A stretch of 64,000 nucleotides of DNA from Candidatus Kerfeldbacteria bacterium (GTDB taxonomy: Bacteria; Patescibacteriota; Patescibacteriia; UBA9570; XYC2-FULL-38-9), in assembly GCA_016182555.1 (NCBI GenBank), contig JACPGJ010000004.1:14751-78750 (forward strand). The letters are read 5' to 3'. Below, piece by piece: positions 48,863-58,119 of this stretch (position 1 is its first letter; the number at the start of each line of letters is the position of its first letter). The translations under genes were made by a program, and so were the position numbers. A model generated the notes under the pieces. The model was not told the DNA's origin. It saw only the letters and a program-made list of their open reading frames with translations, and did not search any database.

Positions 48863-49249
48863 TCAATATCCAAGATATTTCACCACAGACTTTGTGACCG
48901 CCCATGCAATCATCACCAGCACGATCCCAAACATCGCACCCATTAACAAGCCACGGGCCTTATCTGCCACCGGGTGATTCCCTGAAGATGTTAACAATTT
49001 AAACGTGCCGACCATTAAACAGATAATCGATATCAAAGCAATCAACGATAATATCAAATTCACGGTTGTAATAATCAGATCACCGGTTCCTGAATCATCT
49101 GGCGTATCAACCGCTGTATTATCCGGCACATATCCACCGTTGATATTCGTTTGCGCAGAAGCGATTGCTGGCGCAACAAAAAAAATACCAACAAAAAAAA
49201 TACTACTCACTATACTCATCTTGGTGATACGTGAAACACCTATATACAT
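48863..49249 (-). CDS. VirB2/TrbC-type pilin 2
   Basis: GTFKLLTSSGN...DKAR...MFG; start 49249 or 49219. Confidence 0.75.
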   Translation of the reverse strand: MYIGVSRITKMSIVSSIFFVGIFFVAPAIASAQTNINGGYVPDNTAVDTPDDSGTGDLIITTVNLILSLIALISIICLMVGTFKLLTSSGNHPVADKARGLLMGAMFGIVLVMIAWAVTKSVVKYLGY

Positions 49250-49349
49250 ACAATAAAAAAATGCACTCTTATTGTGACAAAGAATATCATTGCGGTCAAT
49301 GTAGCGGAACGTTGCTAAACAGATAAAGATGTGGTATAGTGTATTCAAT

Positions 49350-50102
49350 ATGATGCAACGAATATTTTTTATTCTGGTCGGAATCTGCGCTCCTATTGCT
49401 GCCTCTGCCGCAACTTCCAAATTATTGAGTGGGGATACTGGGAAAGCATTGGATAGTACCGGTCTTGGCAAAACCGACCCGGTCAAAGCTACCGCATTTA
49501 TTATCAATACCGTTTTGGGCATTATCGCGTTGTTGGCGGTTGCATTACTTATTTATGGTGGGTTTCGGTATATGTCATCTCGCGGAAATCCTCAGGAAGT
49601 AGATAAAGCAAAAAATGTACTCAAGGCAACCATTGCTGGTTTGGTATTAGTCATGGTGGCGTGGTCCATTACTACCTACGTCATCGGAAAAATTCAAAAA
49701 GCAACCAACGGAGAATCTACTTCTTCGACACCAACGTCAGAAGAAGACCCAGATGTGCAGCAAGATACTGAAGATAATACCTACGAAATAGGATATAATG
49801 ATGGGTGGAATATCGGATATGGTGATGAAGGTGAGGGCGGATATGCAGACGGGTATGGCAATGGGTATGAGACCGGTTATAATACAGGATATACAGAAAC
49901 GGGTATATATCAAACAAGCTACGATGATAGTGATAAAGGAACAGATGTGGAATATGACGAATCTATTGGTTTAGGTGATTATGCTGATGGGTATGCTGAT
50001 GGAAAAAATGACGGCGAGCAATCGGGATATTATTATGGTTATGAAGATGGATATGCAGACGGGTACGACACAGGATGGGCTAAGAAAGTGAATGGTTTAT
50101 GA
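49350..50102 (+). CDS. Pilin 3 with acidic C-terminal GYxxG repeat extension
   Basis: YGGFRYMSSRGNPQEVDKAK then GYNDG/GYADG/GYETG repeats. Confidence 0.8.
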   Translation: MMQRIFFILVGICAPIAASAATSKLLSGDTGKALDSTGLGKTDPVKATAFIINTVLGIIALLAVALLIYGGFRYMSSRGNPQEVDKAKNVLKATIAGLVLVMVAWSITTYVIGKIQKATNGESTSSTPTSEEDPDVQQDTEDNTYEIGYNDGWNIGYGDEGEGGYADGYGNGYETGYNTGYTETGIYQTSYDDSDKGTDVEYDESIGLGDYADGYADGKNDGEQSGYYYGYEDGYADGYDTGWAKKVNGL

Positions 50103-50494
50103 TAAACACTCTCGTAAAAAAACAATGGCACATCATCTTCTCTCGTCTATTGTTTATTGTTGTTGGTAGCTGTTATCTATCCTTACCAGCCCATGCTACT
50201 GAATTGATTGATGAAGATGCTGCCAGTAGCGCTACTACACTTGGCACACAATCACCCGTAGAAGTCGCGGCGTTAATTATTAGCGCATTTCTTGGTTTGC
50301 TGGGCATTATCGCGGTCACCTATATTATTTATGCCGGTTTTTTGTGGATGACTGCCGGTGGTAACCCACAAAAAGCAGACAAAGCGAAGGGTATTTTGAA
50401 ATCGGCGGTGATTGGGTTAGTGTTGATCATGGCTTCATACAGTCTCGCGACCTACGTTTTTGGCGCATTAGAACAAGCAACCGGTTATCAATAA
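50099..50494 (+). CDS. VirB2/TrbC-type pilin 4
   Basis: YAGFLWMTAGGNPQKADKAK...VIG. Confidence 0.85.
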   Translation: MINTLVKKQWHIIFSRLLFIVVGSCYLSLPAHATELIDEDAASSATTLGTQSPVEVAALIISAFLGLLGIIAVTYIIYAGFLWMTAGGNPQKADKAKGILKSAVIGLVLIMASYSLATYVFGALEQATGYQ

Positions 50495-50495
50495 T

Positions 50496-50876
50496 ATGTA
50501 CAAAACACGCACCATGAAAAAATGGATTCCTCTCGTTTTTGAGAGTGTTCTATTGTTCACGGTCGGGTTCATTCTCTTGCACCCGTACATCGCATTTGGT
50601 GTTGAATTTGATCCAGGCGGAACCCTCAAAAGCTCCACCGAACTTTCGAATACCGATGCGAATACCTATGTATTCACGATTATTAAAGGTTTTTTAACCC
50701 TTGTTGGAGTCGTGGCGTTGGTGCTCATTATCTATGGTGGTTTTATTATTCTTATTGCGCGTGGTGACAACAATAAAATTCAAAAAGGAAAAGATACACT
50801 CTTTTGGGCGATTATTGGTACACTCATTATTCTCGCTTCCCTCGGTATTGTAAATTTCCTCGAAGGAATTTTGTAA
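50496..50876 (+). CDS. VirB2/TrbC-type pilin 5
   Basis: YGGFIILIARGDNNKIQKGK...IIG. Confidence 0.8.
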   Translation: MYKTRTMKKWIPLVFESVLLFTVGFILLHPYIAFGVEFDPGGTLKSSTELSNTDANTYVFTIIKGFLTLVGVVALVLIIYGGFIILIARGDNNKIQKGKDTLFWAIIGTLIILASLGIVNFLEGIL

Positions 50877-50882
50877 GACGTA

Positions 50883-51224
50883 TTACCCTAACGCCTTGAA
50901 GAGCGTGCTGGCAAGAGCGTAAGAACCAAAAATGATAATCAGGCCGACGAGTGCCCAGGTAAGGGTATCGCGGCCTTTTTTAACGTAGTTGGAATCGCCA
51001 TGAGAAATCAGCATCATCACCCCCCCATAAATAAAAATAAGCAACGTAATGCCGCCCACTACACCAAGAAGTGTTTTGATTACATTCCCAATTAAGGCAT
51101 TTGGGTCTTTTGCGCCATTCTCACCCAATGGATTTGCTAGCTCACTCGCAAAGACGGGTAAGGCTGTACAAAAATACCAAACAACGAAAGCGGTGAATAA
51201 GCGATGAAAAAATGTTTTGCTCAT
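50883..51224 (-). CDS. VirB2/TrbC-type pilin 6
   Basis: NPLG, YGGVMMLISHGD...KKGR...LVG. Confidence 0.85.
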   Translation of the reverse strand: MSKTFFHRLFTAFVVWYFCTALPVFASELANPLGENGAKDPNALIGNVIKTLLGVVGGITLLIFIYGGVMMLISHGDSNYVKKGRDTLTWALVGLIIIFGSYALASTLFKALG

Positions 51225-51243
51225 ACAGACAAATAATTATTGA

Positions 51244-51978
51244 TTAAGGTGTGCAGCACACTTGACCCGTGGGACACAACGATTCATCTGTACTTTCTGT
51301 GCCGATACAATAGTTATTATCACCATCCACATCTTTAACACAATAGGCGCCTGTATTCTGTGTATTTCCGAGGTACTGACAATCGGGCATACAAGAGCGG
51401 CCGAGACACACACAATTCTCTGCACAACTCTCTGTCGTGCATGTTTGCCCATCTGGCGTACCAGAGCATACTTCCGTATCATCAGATTCGTCTGCAACAG
51501 TGCTGGTTGAAGAAGCTCCGGTATCTTTTGGCGCACGTTCTTTGCAATATTCCGACCAATGGTTTTTCCCAAATAGTTTCACATCTGTCCCAATTTTCGA
51601 CGCATCTAACCCCAAAAATGCAGCGATAATAAAATTGATTAACACATACGACACAAACACCAGCGTAATACCAATAATCGACCCCGTCATCACGGCTTTG
51701 CCTTTATTTACACGGTCAGGCTTACCGGCAGAAATCACAAAATAGAACCCTCCAAGGACAAACGTAAATAATGCGACGCCGCTTGCCCATTGTTGAATCA
51801 CCGAAGCCGCGTTGCCAACAAAGTCGAGTATATCACACGTATCACAACTTCCATCTCCTACGGCACAATCGGGTAAAAATGTTTGGTCTGCAGCATGCAC
51901 ATCTGGAGTAATGCTCAAGGAGAACCCAAAGAGAATGAGGGCGATGAAGAAAGAAAAAATGAAACGACGATTCTTCAT
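51244..51978 (-). CDS. Pilin 7 with Cys-rich domains
   Basis: PDC...CDTCD, GGFYFVISAG...KGK...IIG, C-terminal Cys-rich domain ending CPTGQVCC. Confidence 0.8.
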   Translation of the reverse strand: MKNRRFIFSFFIALILFGFSLSITPDVHAADQTFLPDCAVGDGSCDTCDILDFVGNAASVIQQWASGVALFTFVLGGFYFVISAGKPDRVNKGKAVMTGSIIGITLVFVSYVLINFIIAAFLGLDASKIGTDVKLFGKNHWSEYCKERAPKDTGASSTSTVADESDDTEVCSGTPDGQTCTTESCAENCVCLGRSCMPDCQYLGNTQNTGAYCVKDVDGDNNYCIGTESTDESLCPTGQVCCTP

Positions 51979-51979
51979 A

Positions 51980-53377
51980 TTATTGCTTTTCAATCGTCAA
52001 CTGTACTTTCTGCGCACCAATATTCACAATGTCTTCCATGGGCATCGTTCGTTGATTTGCTGTGTCAACCATTTCAGCAAAGGCTTCAATCGCCGCATCT
52101 GGATCAAAACCATGGTACCAGGTTTTTGCTGTCAACGCTTGTTGCACATAAGAACCCAAAATAGGATCTCGCTGTAACTCAGAAATCAATGCGCGGCGTG
52201 CAGAAATACGGCCTGTCGTTTCGGTAAACTTTCTATTTTGTTCTTCTGAAGCCGCAAAATGAATAAAATTCCATGCGTGTTCTTTTTGTGGACTATTGAT
52301 AAACACGGTCTCCACCGGATAACTGGCAATAGTGACAGGATTATCCGGGTTGGTTTGCGGGAATGTGGTAAATGAAAAATTCAAATTCGGAGCCCGCTGT
52401 TCAATGACTGGTAAATCGTGATAATAGCCAATGTAAAAACCTAAATTTCCAGCAGTAAATGATTCCAATGCATCCGGTTTTGTATCGTCCCACGTATATG
52501 GTTTCACTGCCGGGTTGCTAAAGGCCGTATAGAAATTCAACGCTAATGCACCCGGTAATTGTTTGTTTGCGTCTTCCAGAGAAAATGTCACTTGCCCACG
52601 ATCTGTTGCCATTGTTGCACCGGTTTGCATCATAATGGTTCCGAGAATATCAAAAAAGTAGGGGACATTATTCGCAGTCCCCAACGCCGCCGCTGGTTGC
52701 ACTACTTTACGATCTTTATCTAAAACTACCATCGCCTCCACGGCATTCACAAACTCTTGCATGGTTTTCGGTGGAACAGCAATATTCGCTCGAGCGAGCA
52801 AATCATAATTATAAAATAATGTCAGTGTATCAAAACTCAATGGCAACCCATACACCTGATCATCAAATACCACATCCTTTGGTACGGCATCAACATAGCT
52901 ATCTTTGAGACGGCTTGCTCCAATGAATGTCACTGTTCGTTCATCTATGACGGTTTTACTGCCAAACAATGTTTTTTTCGTTTGCGGTCTAGTAATCTTC
53001 ACACTTTGCGGCATCGGTGCAATAAATTCCTTAAACTTCCCCAAACGCATGTTGGGAACAGAAAAAATATCCGGCCCCTCTCCTTTCGCCCACGCCGAAA
53101 CTAATGCATCTTCATATTCATCTTTCTTCAATGTCTTGTAGGTAATGCTCACATTAGGATATTGTGCTATATATGCCGCAATCGTATCTGCAAAATCATC
53201 TTCACTATCTTCGCTGCGCCAAATCAACAGTTTCACACCAGCAGGAGGCGTGACATCTTTGGAACACCCCGCACCAACAGTGCTCAGTACCACAAAAAAA
53301 AGTGACAGTACAAAGAATGCTTTCCGAACAGCGGGAAAGCGAAGATGGCGGCGTATTGAGTGAAGAGAAGATATCAT
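51980..53377 (-). CDS. Extracellular solute-binding lipoprotein (carbohydrate ABC type)
   Basis: GAGC lipobox-like, GPDIF, YGLPLSFDTLTLFYN, AWNFI. Confidence 0.85.
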   Translation of the reverse strand: MISSLHSIRRHLRFPAVRKAFFVLSLFFVVLSTVGAGCSKDVTPPAGVKLLIWRSEDSEDDFADTIAAYIAQYPNVSITYKTLKKDEYEDALVSAWAKGEGPDIFSVPNMRLGKFKEFIAPMPQSVKITRPQTKKTLFGSKTVIDERTVTFIGASRLKDSYVDAVPKDVVFDDQVYGLPLSFDTLTLFYNYDLLARANIAVPPKTMQEFVNAVEAMVVLDKDRKVVQPAAALGTANNVPYFFDILGTIMMQTGATMATDRGQVTFSLEDANKQLPGALALNFYTAFSNPAVKPYTWDDTKPDALESFTAGNLGFYIGYYHDLPVIEQRAPNLNFSFTTFPQTNPDNPVTIASYPVETVFINSPQKEHAWNFIHFAASEEQNRKFTETTGRISARRALISELQRDPILGSYVQQALTAKTWYHGFDPDAAIEAFAEMVDTANQRTMPMEDIVNIGAQKVQLTIEKQ

Positions 53378-53394
53378 GCGTATATGTATTTTTA

Positions 53395-54261
53395 TTAAAG
53401 AGAATCGATATAGTTACGCACATCTGGACCAATATCCTTGTGTTTCAGTGCAAATGAAATCACCGCTTTTACATATTCTAACTTATTGCCACAATCACGA
53501 TACACGCCTTCATATTGCTTTGCGTATCCTGTACGTGTGTGAATAAGTGCACGAACTGCATCGGTTAATTGAATCTCTCCACCATTACCCGGCTTCACTT
53601 GCTCTAAATGTTCAAAAATATCTGGCGTCAGTAACCAACGTGCGGTGGCGGCGTAGGTAGATGGCGCTTCCTCCACAGATGGTTTTTCAATAATATCTTT
53701 TAAACGAAAAATTCCCTCTTCAATCGTTTCTACCGGGTCAATTACTCCGTACCGGTTCACTGTTTCTCGTTCCACTTGAATGACTCCCATCACCGGCCCA
53801 TCAAAACGCATATACACATCGATAAGCTGTTGGCTGGCTGGAATATCTGATTCAATAATGTCATCACCACCGTAAACAATAAACGGTTCATCGCCTACCA
53901 CCTCTTTTGCCAGCAACACCGCATGACCAAACCCGAGCGGCTCTGCCTGGCGAACATAAATAAAATTTGCCATGCTTGATAGGGCTTTGATTTTGGAAAT
54001 CTCTTCCTGCTTCTGCCGCTGTTCTAAAATACACTCCAACGCAGAATCACGATCAAAATATTGTTCAATCGCTATTTTATCTTCGCTCGTAATAAAAATA
54101 ATATCTTCAATACCGGATTGAACCGCTTCTTCAACGATATATTGAATCACTGGCGTATCAACCAATGGCAATAATTCCTTTGGCACCGCTTTAGTGGCAG
54201 GAAGAAAACGAGTTCCTAAGCCCGCAACCGGAATAACGGCTTTACGAATTTTTTTTGGCAT
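53395..54261 (-). CDS. galU: UTP--glucose-1-phosphate uridylyltransferase
   Basis: KAVIPVAGLGTRFLPATKAVPKELLP, GEIQLTDA. Confidence 0.93.
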   Translation of the reverse strand: MPKKIRKAVIPVAGLGTRFLPATKAVPKELLPLVDTPVIQYIVEEAVQSGIEDIIFITSEDKIAIEQYFDRDSALECILEQRQKQEEISKIKALSSMANFIYVRQAEPLGFGHAVLLAKEVVGDEPFIVYGGDDIIESDIPASQQLIDVYMRFDGPVMGVIQVERETVNRYGVIDPVETIEEGIFRLKDIIEKPSVEEAPSTYAATARWLLTPDIFEHLEQVKPGNGGEIQLTDAVRALIHTRTGYAKQYEGVYRDCGNKLEYVKAVISFALKHKDIGPDVRNYIDSL

Positions 54262-54335
54262 AATAATCTCTAGTATTCCTCCATGATTAACCTATTCTTC
54301 AAACATATTATAAAATAGACGAGCACAAAATGCAA

Positions 54336-54758
54336 TTATTTATGATATGGGTGGCCAACCAGCAGTGTTTGGGCACGATAGAGTTGTTCCAATATAAGCA
54401 CGCGCGCTAATTCATGGGGGAAAGTCAGTGGGGAAAGCGACACTGCCTGCACGTATGTAGCACGTATATCCGCAGGAATACCCGCCGCGTCACCAATCAC
54501 AAACACCGCACTCTTTGCGCTGCGGGTCAACCGATCCATATAGCGCGCAAACGTTGGAGTATCCATCTGCTTTCCACGCTCTTCAAGTAAAATGACTGTC
54601 GCTGAGGTCTCTTGCAAGTATTTCCGCAACTCTTTTTCATTCTTCACATAGTGTCGGCGGCAACTAAAACGCCCACGAATACGGCGTTCGTAGGTATCTT
54701 CCAAGCTGCGGCATTGCGAAGATGTTGTTTTTCCAATAGAGAGGAGAATGATCTGCAT
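54336..54758 (-). CDS. rlmH: 23S rRNA m3Psi1915 methyltransferase
   Basis: FVIGDAAG, LTFPHELARVLILEQLYRA...HPYHK. Confidence 0.92.
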   Translation of the reverse strand: MQIILLSIGKTTSSQCRSLEDTYERRIRGRFSCRRHYVKNEKELRKYLQETSATVILLEERGKQMDTPTFARYMDRLTRSAKSAVFVIGDAAGIPADIRATYVQAVSLSPLTFPHELARVLILEQLYRAQTLLVGHPYHK

Positions 54759-54809
54759 AGTCGGTTTGGCTTGCTTGTATACTCCGTACACGATATCATA
54801 TATCTATCT

Positions 54810-55121
54810 ATGCATATAGTTTTACAACCAAATGAAACCATTGTGAAACAAGGATTTGGTACGCATTTTGTTCGCATGATGGCGATGACCGGAAAACTAT
54901 TTTTGACTAATCAGCGTGTGTATTTTGTTACACATCCTTTGAATTTTCAGCGATATGATTTGTCGTTTTCTTTTGATACGATTGACCGAGTATACGCGAA
55001 GAATAATTTGCGTATTTTCCCACAGGGCTTAGTAATTCGGCTGCGAGATGGGCAAGAGCACCGGTTTGTAGTGTGGGGCCGCAAACAGTGGAAAACCGCT
55101 ATTGAGGAGTATTTGCAGTAA
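54810..55121 (+). CDS. GRAM/PH-like domain protein
   Basis: GKLFLTNQRVYF...FVVW pattern. Confidence 0.7.
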   Translation: MHIVLQPNETIVKQGFGTHFVRMMAMTGKLFLTNQRVYFVTHPLNFQRYDLSFSFDTIDRVYAKNNLRIFPQGLVIRLRDGQEHRFVVWGRKQWKTAIEEYLQ

Positions 55122-55204
55122 ATTTGGCATTCCTTAGCGGAATATTTTTACCGTTTTTTCCCTAACTTTACAAAAATTTTTAGATATGTTAGAACTTCTG
55201 CATC

Positions 55205-55490
55205 TTGAAGCGAGCGGAGAGATTTTTAGGTGCATGGCGCACCGCAAAGGTCTCTCCGACGAGGAGGTGATATGCAAAGATTTGTGAGAGTACCGGCCTC
55301 GCCTGTCGTGGCGACCGAACCGGCGAGTGTTCGATGCCCGCCGGTGATTCCCGTGTCTTCTCGGAAAGAAATTCCCGAGAAGGCAGTTGAGCTCTCGCGC
55401 GATCTGCGCGCCCGCCGAGAGGCGCGCAGTGACTGAGAGAGCCGAGGGGTCGGAAACCACACCGTTGTGGCATCCGACCCTTCTTTTTTT
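55205..55490 (+). ncRNA. GC-rich multi-hairpin element (candidate structured RNA or structured sORF mRNA) ending in a terminator
   Basis: Stems CGGAGAGA/TCTCTCCG, ACCGGCG/CGCCGGT, CTTCTCGG/CCGAGAAG, CTGCGCGCC/GGCGCGCAG, GGGTCGGA/TCCGACCC plus T7. Confidence 0.5.
55272..55436 (+). CDS. Candidate 54-aa small protein inside the structured element
   Basis: AGGAGGTGAT immediately precedes ATG at 55272. Confidence 0.35.
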   Translation: MQRFVRVPASPVVATEPASVRCPPVIPVSSRKEIPEKAVELSRDLRARREARSD

Positions 55491-55520
55491 CCAAGCGTAG
55501 TGAGCCCTGGCTGCACAGGC

Positions 55521-56145
55521 TTAAAACAAAGGCATCTGCTGTTCAATACTTTTTGCCTTTTCTTGAACGCGTTGTGCGGCAGAAATAAAATCTTTCAATG
55601 GTAAATACTCTGTGGTTAAACCAAAATATTTTACTTTATTTTTCACCTCTTGTTCTTCAATAATTCCAGCGTCTTTTAACGGTTTAATATAATACGTGGA
55701 TATATTTGATTGAAATGTACCGAATTTTTTTGCAATGTCTTTTTGAGTGACTGTTCGTTCGTGGTCTATGATATAACGTAAAAATTCTTTTCGTTTATCC
55801 GTGAATGCAATGGTCTGTTCAATGCGTTCCCATAATTCTTTTCCCAATAGTCATAATGCTTCATCGATAGAGAGGGCGGTTCCTCCTGGTGTGGAGTATT
55901 GTAATAGAATACTATTCAAAGCAGACATAATAGAACGAATATCTCCGTGATATAAATCATAGAGCCGAAAAATCACCTCATCTTCAAATGGCTTAATGTA
56001 TCCTTGCACTTCATCGGATTGTAATAAACTCATACGTTCATTGAATGCCTGAATAATTTCTGTTTTCGACAATGGTTGTAATAGGATGGGCGATTGGAGA
56101 AATACACTTTTCACCCGTTAGTGTGGCGCAATGATATGCTGAAAA
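55521..56145 (-). pseudogene. Decayed AAA+ ATPase-wHTH gene (3' remnant)
   Basis: ORFs 55851-56114 and 55521-55847 are in one frame, split by TGA; another in-frame TAA just upstream; GDIRSI lid motif and TQKDIAKK wHTH; no Walker A. Confidence 0.65.
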
Positions 56146-56210
56146 GAGAGAGATCATTTCCTTCTACAAGTGGGCGATAGTATATATATGTTATACGTTT
56201 ATATATATAT

Positions 56211-57431
56211 TTATTCTCCCCAAATCGCATCAATAATATGCATGCGCAATGTTTTGTGAATCGGAATATAGGCCCCTAAAAATGACACAATCAATAATGC
56301 CAACGCTCGCATATACATCACGCCCGTATCAATAATCAGCGACACATTGCCCACCGGCAAATGGAGCGGCCGGCGAATAAACATCGGAATAATCACAACA
56401 TTAAATAATATCATTCCCAGAATAATACCAACCACCGCATACAACAGAGCACGCAACAAATAAGAAATGGCAATGGAATTTTCCGCAATACCAATCGCTC
56501 GCAAAATACCAATTTGTTTGCGGCGGTTTACCACATCCACATACATCACAATAAAAATGGTAATGCCAGCGACGATAATTCCCACAATACTCACAATAAA
56601 ATTCACAATGGTGAAGCTTGCGGTAAAACTTTCGACTACGCCGGCCGTGTCTTTCCAAGTGCGAATGTTTGCATCAATCGAACGTGATTCAATATCACTC
56701 ACCACCGCATCTACATCATACACATCGCTATGATCCATGCGAACGGCCATTTCCGATGCCTGATTTTTTAACTCCGGGAATAAAGAAAAATATTCATCGG
56801 CATTCACAAAAAACCGGTTATCCGCTTGCACAAAATCATTATCAAAAATACCCACCACGGTATAAGTTTTCTCTAATCCGTTCGCAAATGTCATCTTCAC
56901 CGCATCACCCACCTGCACATTTTTCAACGAATATTCATGCAGTTCCACGTCTTCACCGCCCGTAATTTGGTTTCCTAAAATAACCGCATTTGTATCATCG
57001 GGTTCCAAAAATCGACCAGCAACAACATGATTTTTTACCGTCGTTACTGCCGCCTCTTTTTCTGTATCAATGGCAACACCGCGGTACGACCCTTTCTCAC
57101 CGTTGTATTCTAACTCCGCAGAAAAATTCGTGCGCGGACTCACGTGTGATATTCCGTTTACGTGCATCAATTCTTTCTCAACAGCCGTCGCATCCGCAAG
57201 AGACCCTTTCCCTGCGGCTGGTTCCACTAAAATATGACCAGTCAATGTTTCAATAATTTGGTTATAGGCAGTATGCACCAGGCCGTTAATAATGGAGGTT
57301 AAAAAAATGAGATTCACAAAAATCATCGCCATCATGAAAATAGTCATCAACGTAGTGCTCACATTACCCCGTGTCAATGAACGCACGGTGAGAAAAAACC
57401 CCACTTTCCATGTACGCAATGTCTGTTTCAT
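56211..57431 (-). CDS. MacB/FtsX/LolE-type ABC transporter permease
   Basis: 4-TM layout with large extracytoplasmic domain, RRKQIGILRAIG. Confidence 0.9.
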   Translation of the reverse strand: MKQTLRTWKVGFFLTVRSLTRGNVSTTLMTIFMMAMIFVNLIFLTSIINGLVHTAYNQIIETLTGHILVEPAAGKGSLADATAVEKELMHVNGISHVSPRTNFSAELEYNGEKGSYRGVAIDTEKEAAVTTVKNHVVAGRFLEPDDTNAVILGNQITGGEDVELHEYSLKNVQVGDAVKMTFANGLEKTYTVVGIFDNDFVQADNRFFVNADEYFSLFPELKNQASEMAVRMDHSDVYDVDAVVSDIESRSIDANIRTWKDTAGVVESFTASFTIVNFIVSIVGIIVAGITIFIVMYVDVVNRRKQIGILRAIGIAENSIAISYLLRALLYAVVGIILGMILFNVVIIPMFIRRPLHLPVGNVSLIIDTGVMYMRALALLIVSFLGAYIPIHKTLRMHIIDAIWGE

Positions 57432-58108
57432 ATCGCGGTTTTATGGTGAATCAATTTACCATCTTTCATCCAAAGCGTTTTGTGCAAATACCGTTCATCA
57501 TCTGGTTCATGCGTCACTAATATAATGGTTTGTTTCAATTCTTTGTTTAATTTTTGAAATGTTTCCATCACAATTTTGCTCGATGTTGAATCTAAGCTGG
57601 CCGTGGGTTCATCTGCAAATAATACCTTTGGGGTGTTAATCAAGGAACGCGCAATGGCCACGCGTTGCTGCTGACCGCCAGACAATTGCTTTGGTCGGTG
57701 ATGGATGCGATCACCTAAATCGACAATTTCCAATAATTCTGTAGCGCGACGTTCGTAATCTTCCCGTTTTTCTCCTTTCATCATTCCTGGCAACATGACA
57801 TTTTCCAGCGCGGTCAATTCCGGAATGAGTGCAAACTCTTGAAAAATATACCCAAGGTAGGTTAACCGAAAATGTGAACGCTCTCGTAATGACAACTCAT
57901 GGGTGGGTTTATCGTCATAAAAAATTTCCCCTTTTGTTGGTTCATCAATCAGACCTAACTGGCGAAGCAAGGTCGATTTTCCTGAACCACTTTTTCCCAT
58001 AATCCCAACAAATTCACCGTCTGCAATTTCAAAACTCACACCGCGCAAGGCATGAACCTGCACTTCGCCCATCACAAATGTTTTATAAAGATTTTCAACG
58101 CGGATCAT
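57428..58108 (-). CDS. MacB/LolD-type ABC ATP-binding protein
   Basis: GKSGSGKST, LSGGQQQRVAIAR, ADEPT, VTH. Confidence 0.95.
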   Translation of the reverse strand: MIRVENLYKTFVMGEVQVHALRGVSFEIADGEFVGIMGKSGSGKSTLLRQLGLIDEPTKGEIFYDDKPTHELSLRERSHFRLTYLGYIFQEFALIPELTALENVMLPGMMKGEKREDYERRATELLEIVDLGDRIHHRPKQLSGGQQQRVAIARSLINTPKVLFADEPTASLDSTSSKIVMETFQKLNKELKQTIILVTHEPDDERYLHKTLWMKDGKLIHHKTAI

Positions 58109-58119
58109 AGACCAGTAAT

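Noticed and set aside
48379-51978. Conjugative element/ICE, based on VirB2-like pilins
   Set aside because: No relaxase, coupling protein, VirB4, integrase or att repeats; such pilins are typical chromosomal CPR genes
55205-55520. RNase P RNA, tmRNA, SRP or 6S RNA identity for the structured element
   Set aside because: No GAGGAAAGUCC P4 signature, no tRNA-like ends or CCA, no SRP GGAA/GCAGC loop, and not a single long rod
55848-55853. In-frame TGA joining two ORFs, suggesting TGA=Gly recoding (code 25) or selenocysteine
   Set aside because: Other genes end cleanly at TGA, long core genes have no internal TGA, and the same frame also has a TAA and lacks its 5' half; a pseudogene is the simpler reading
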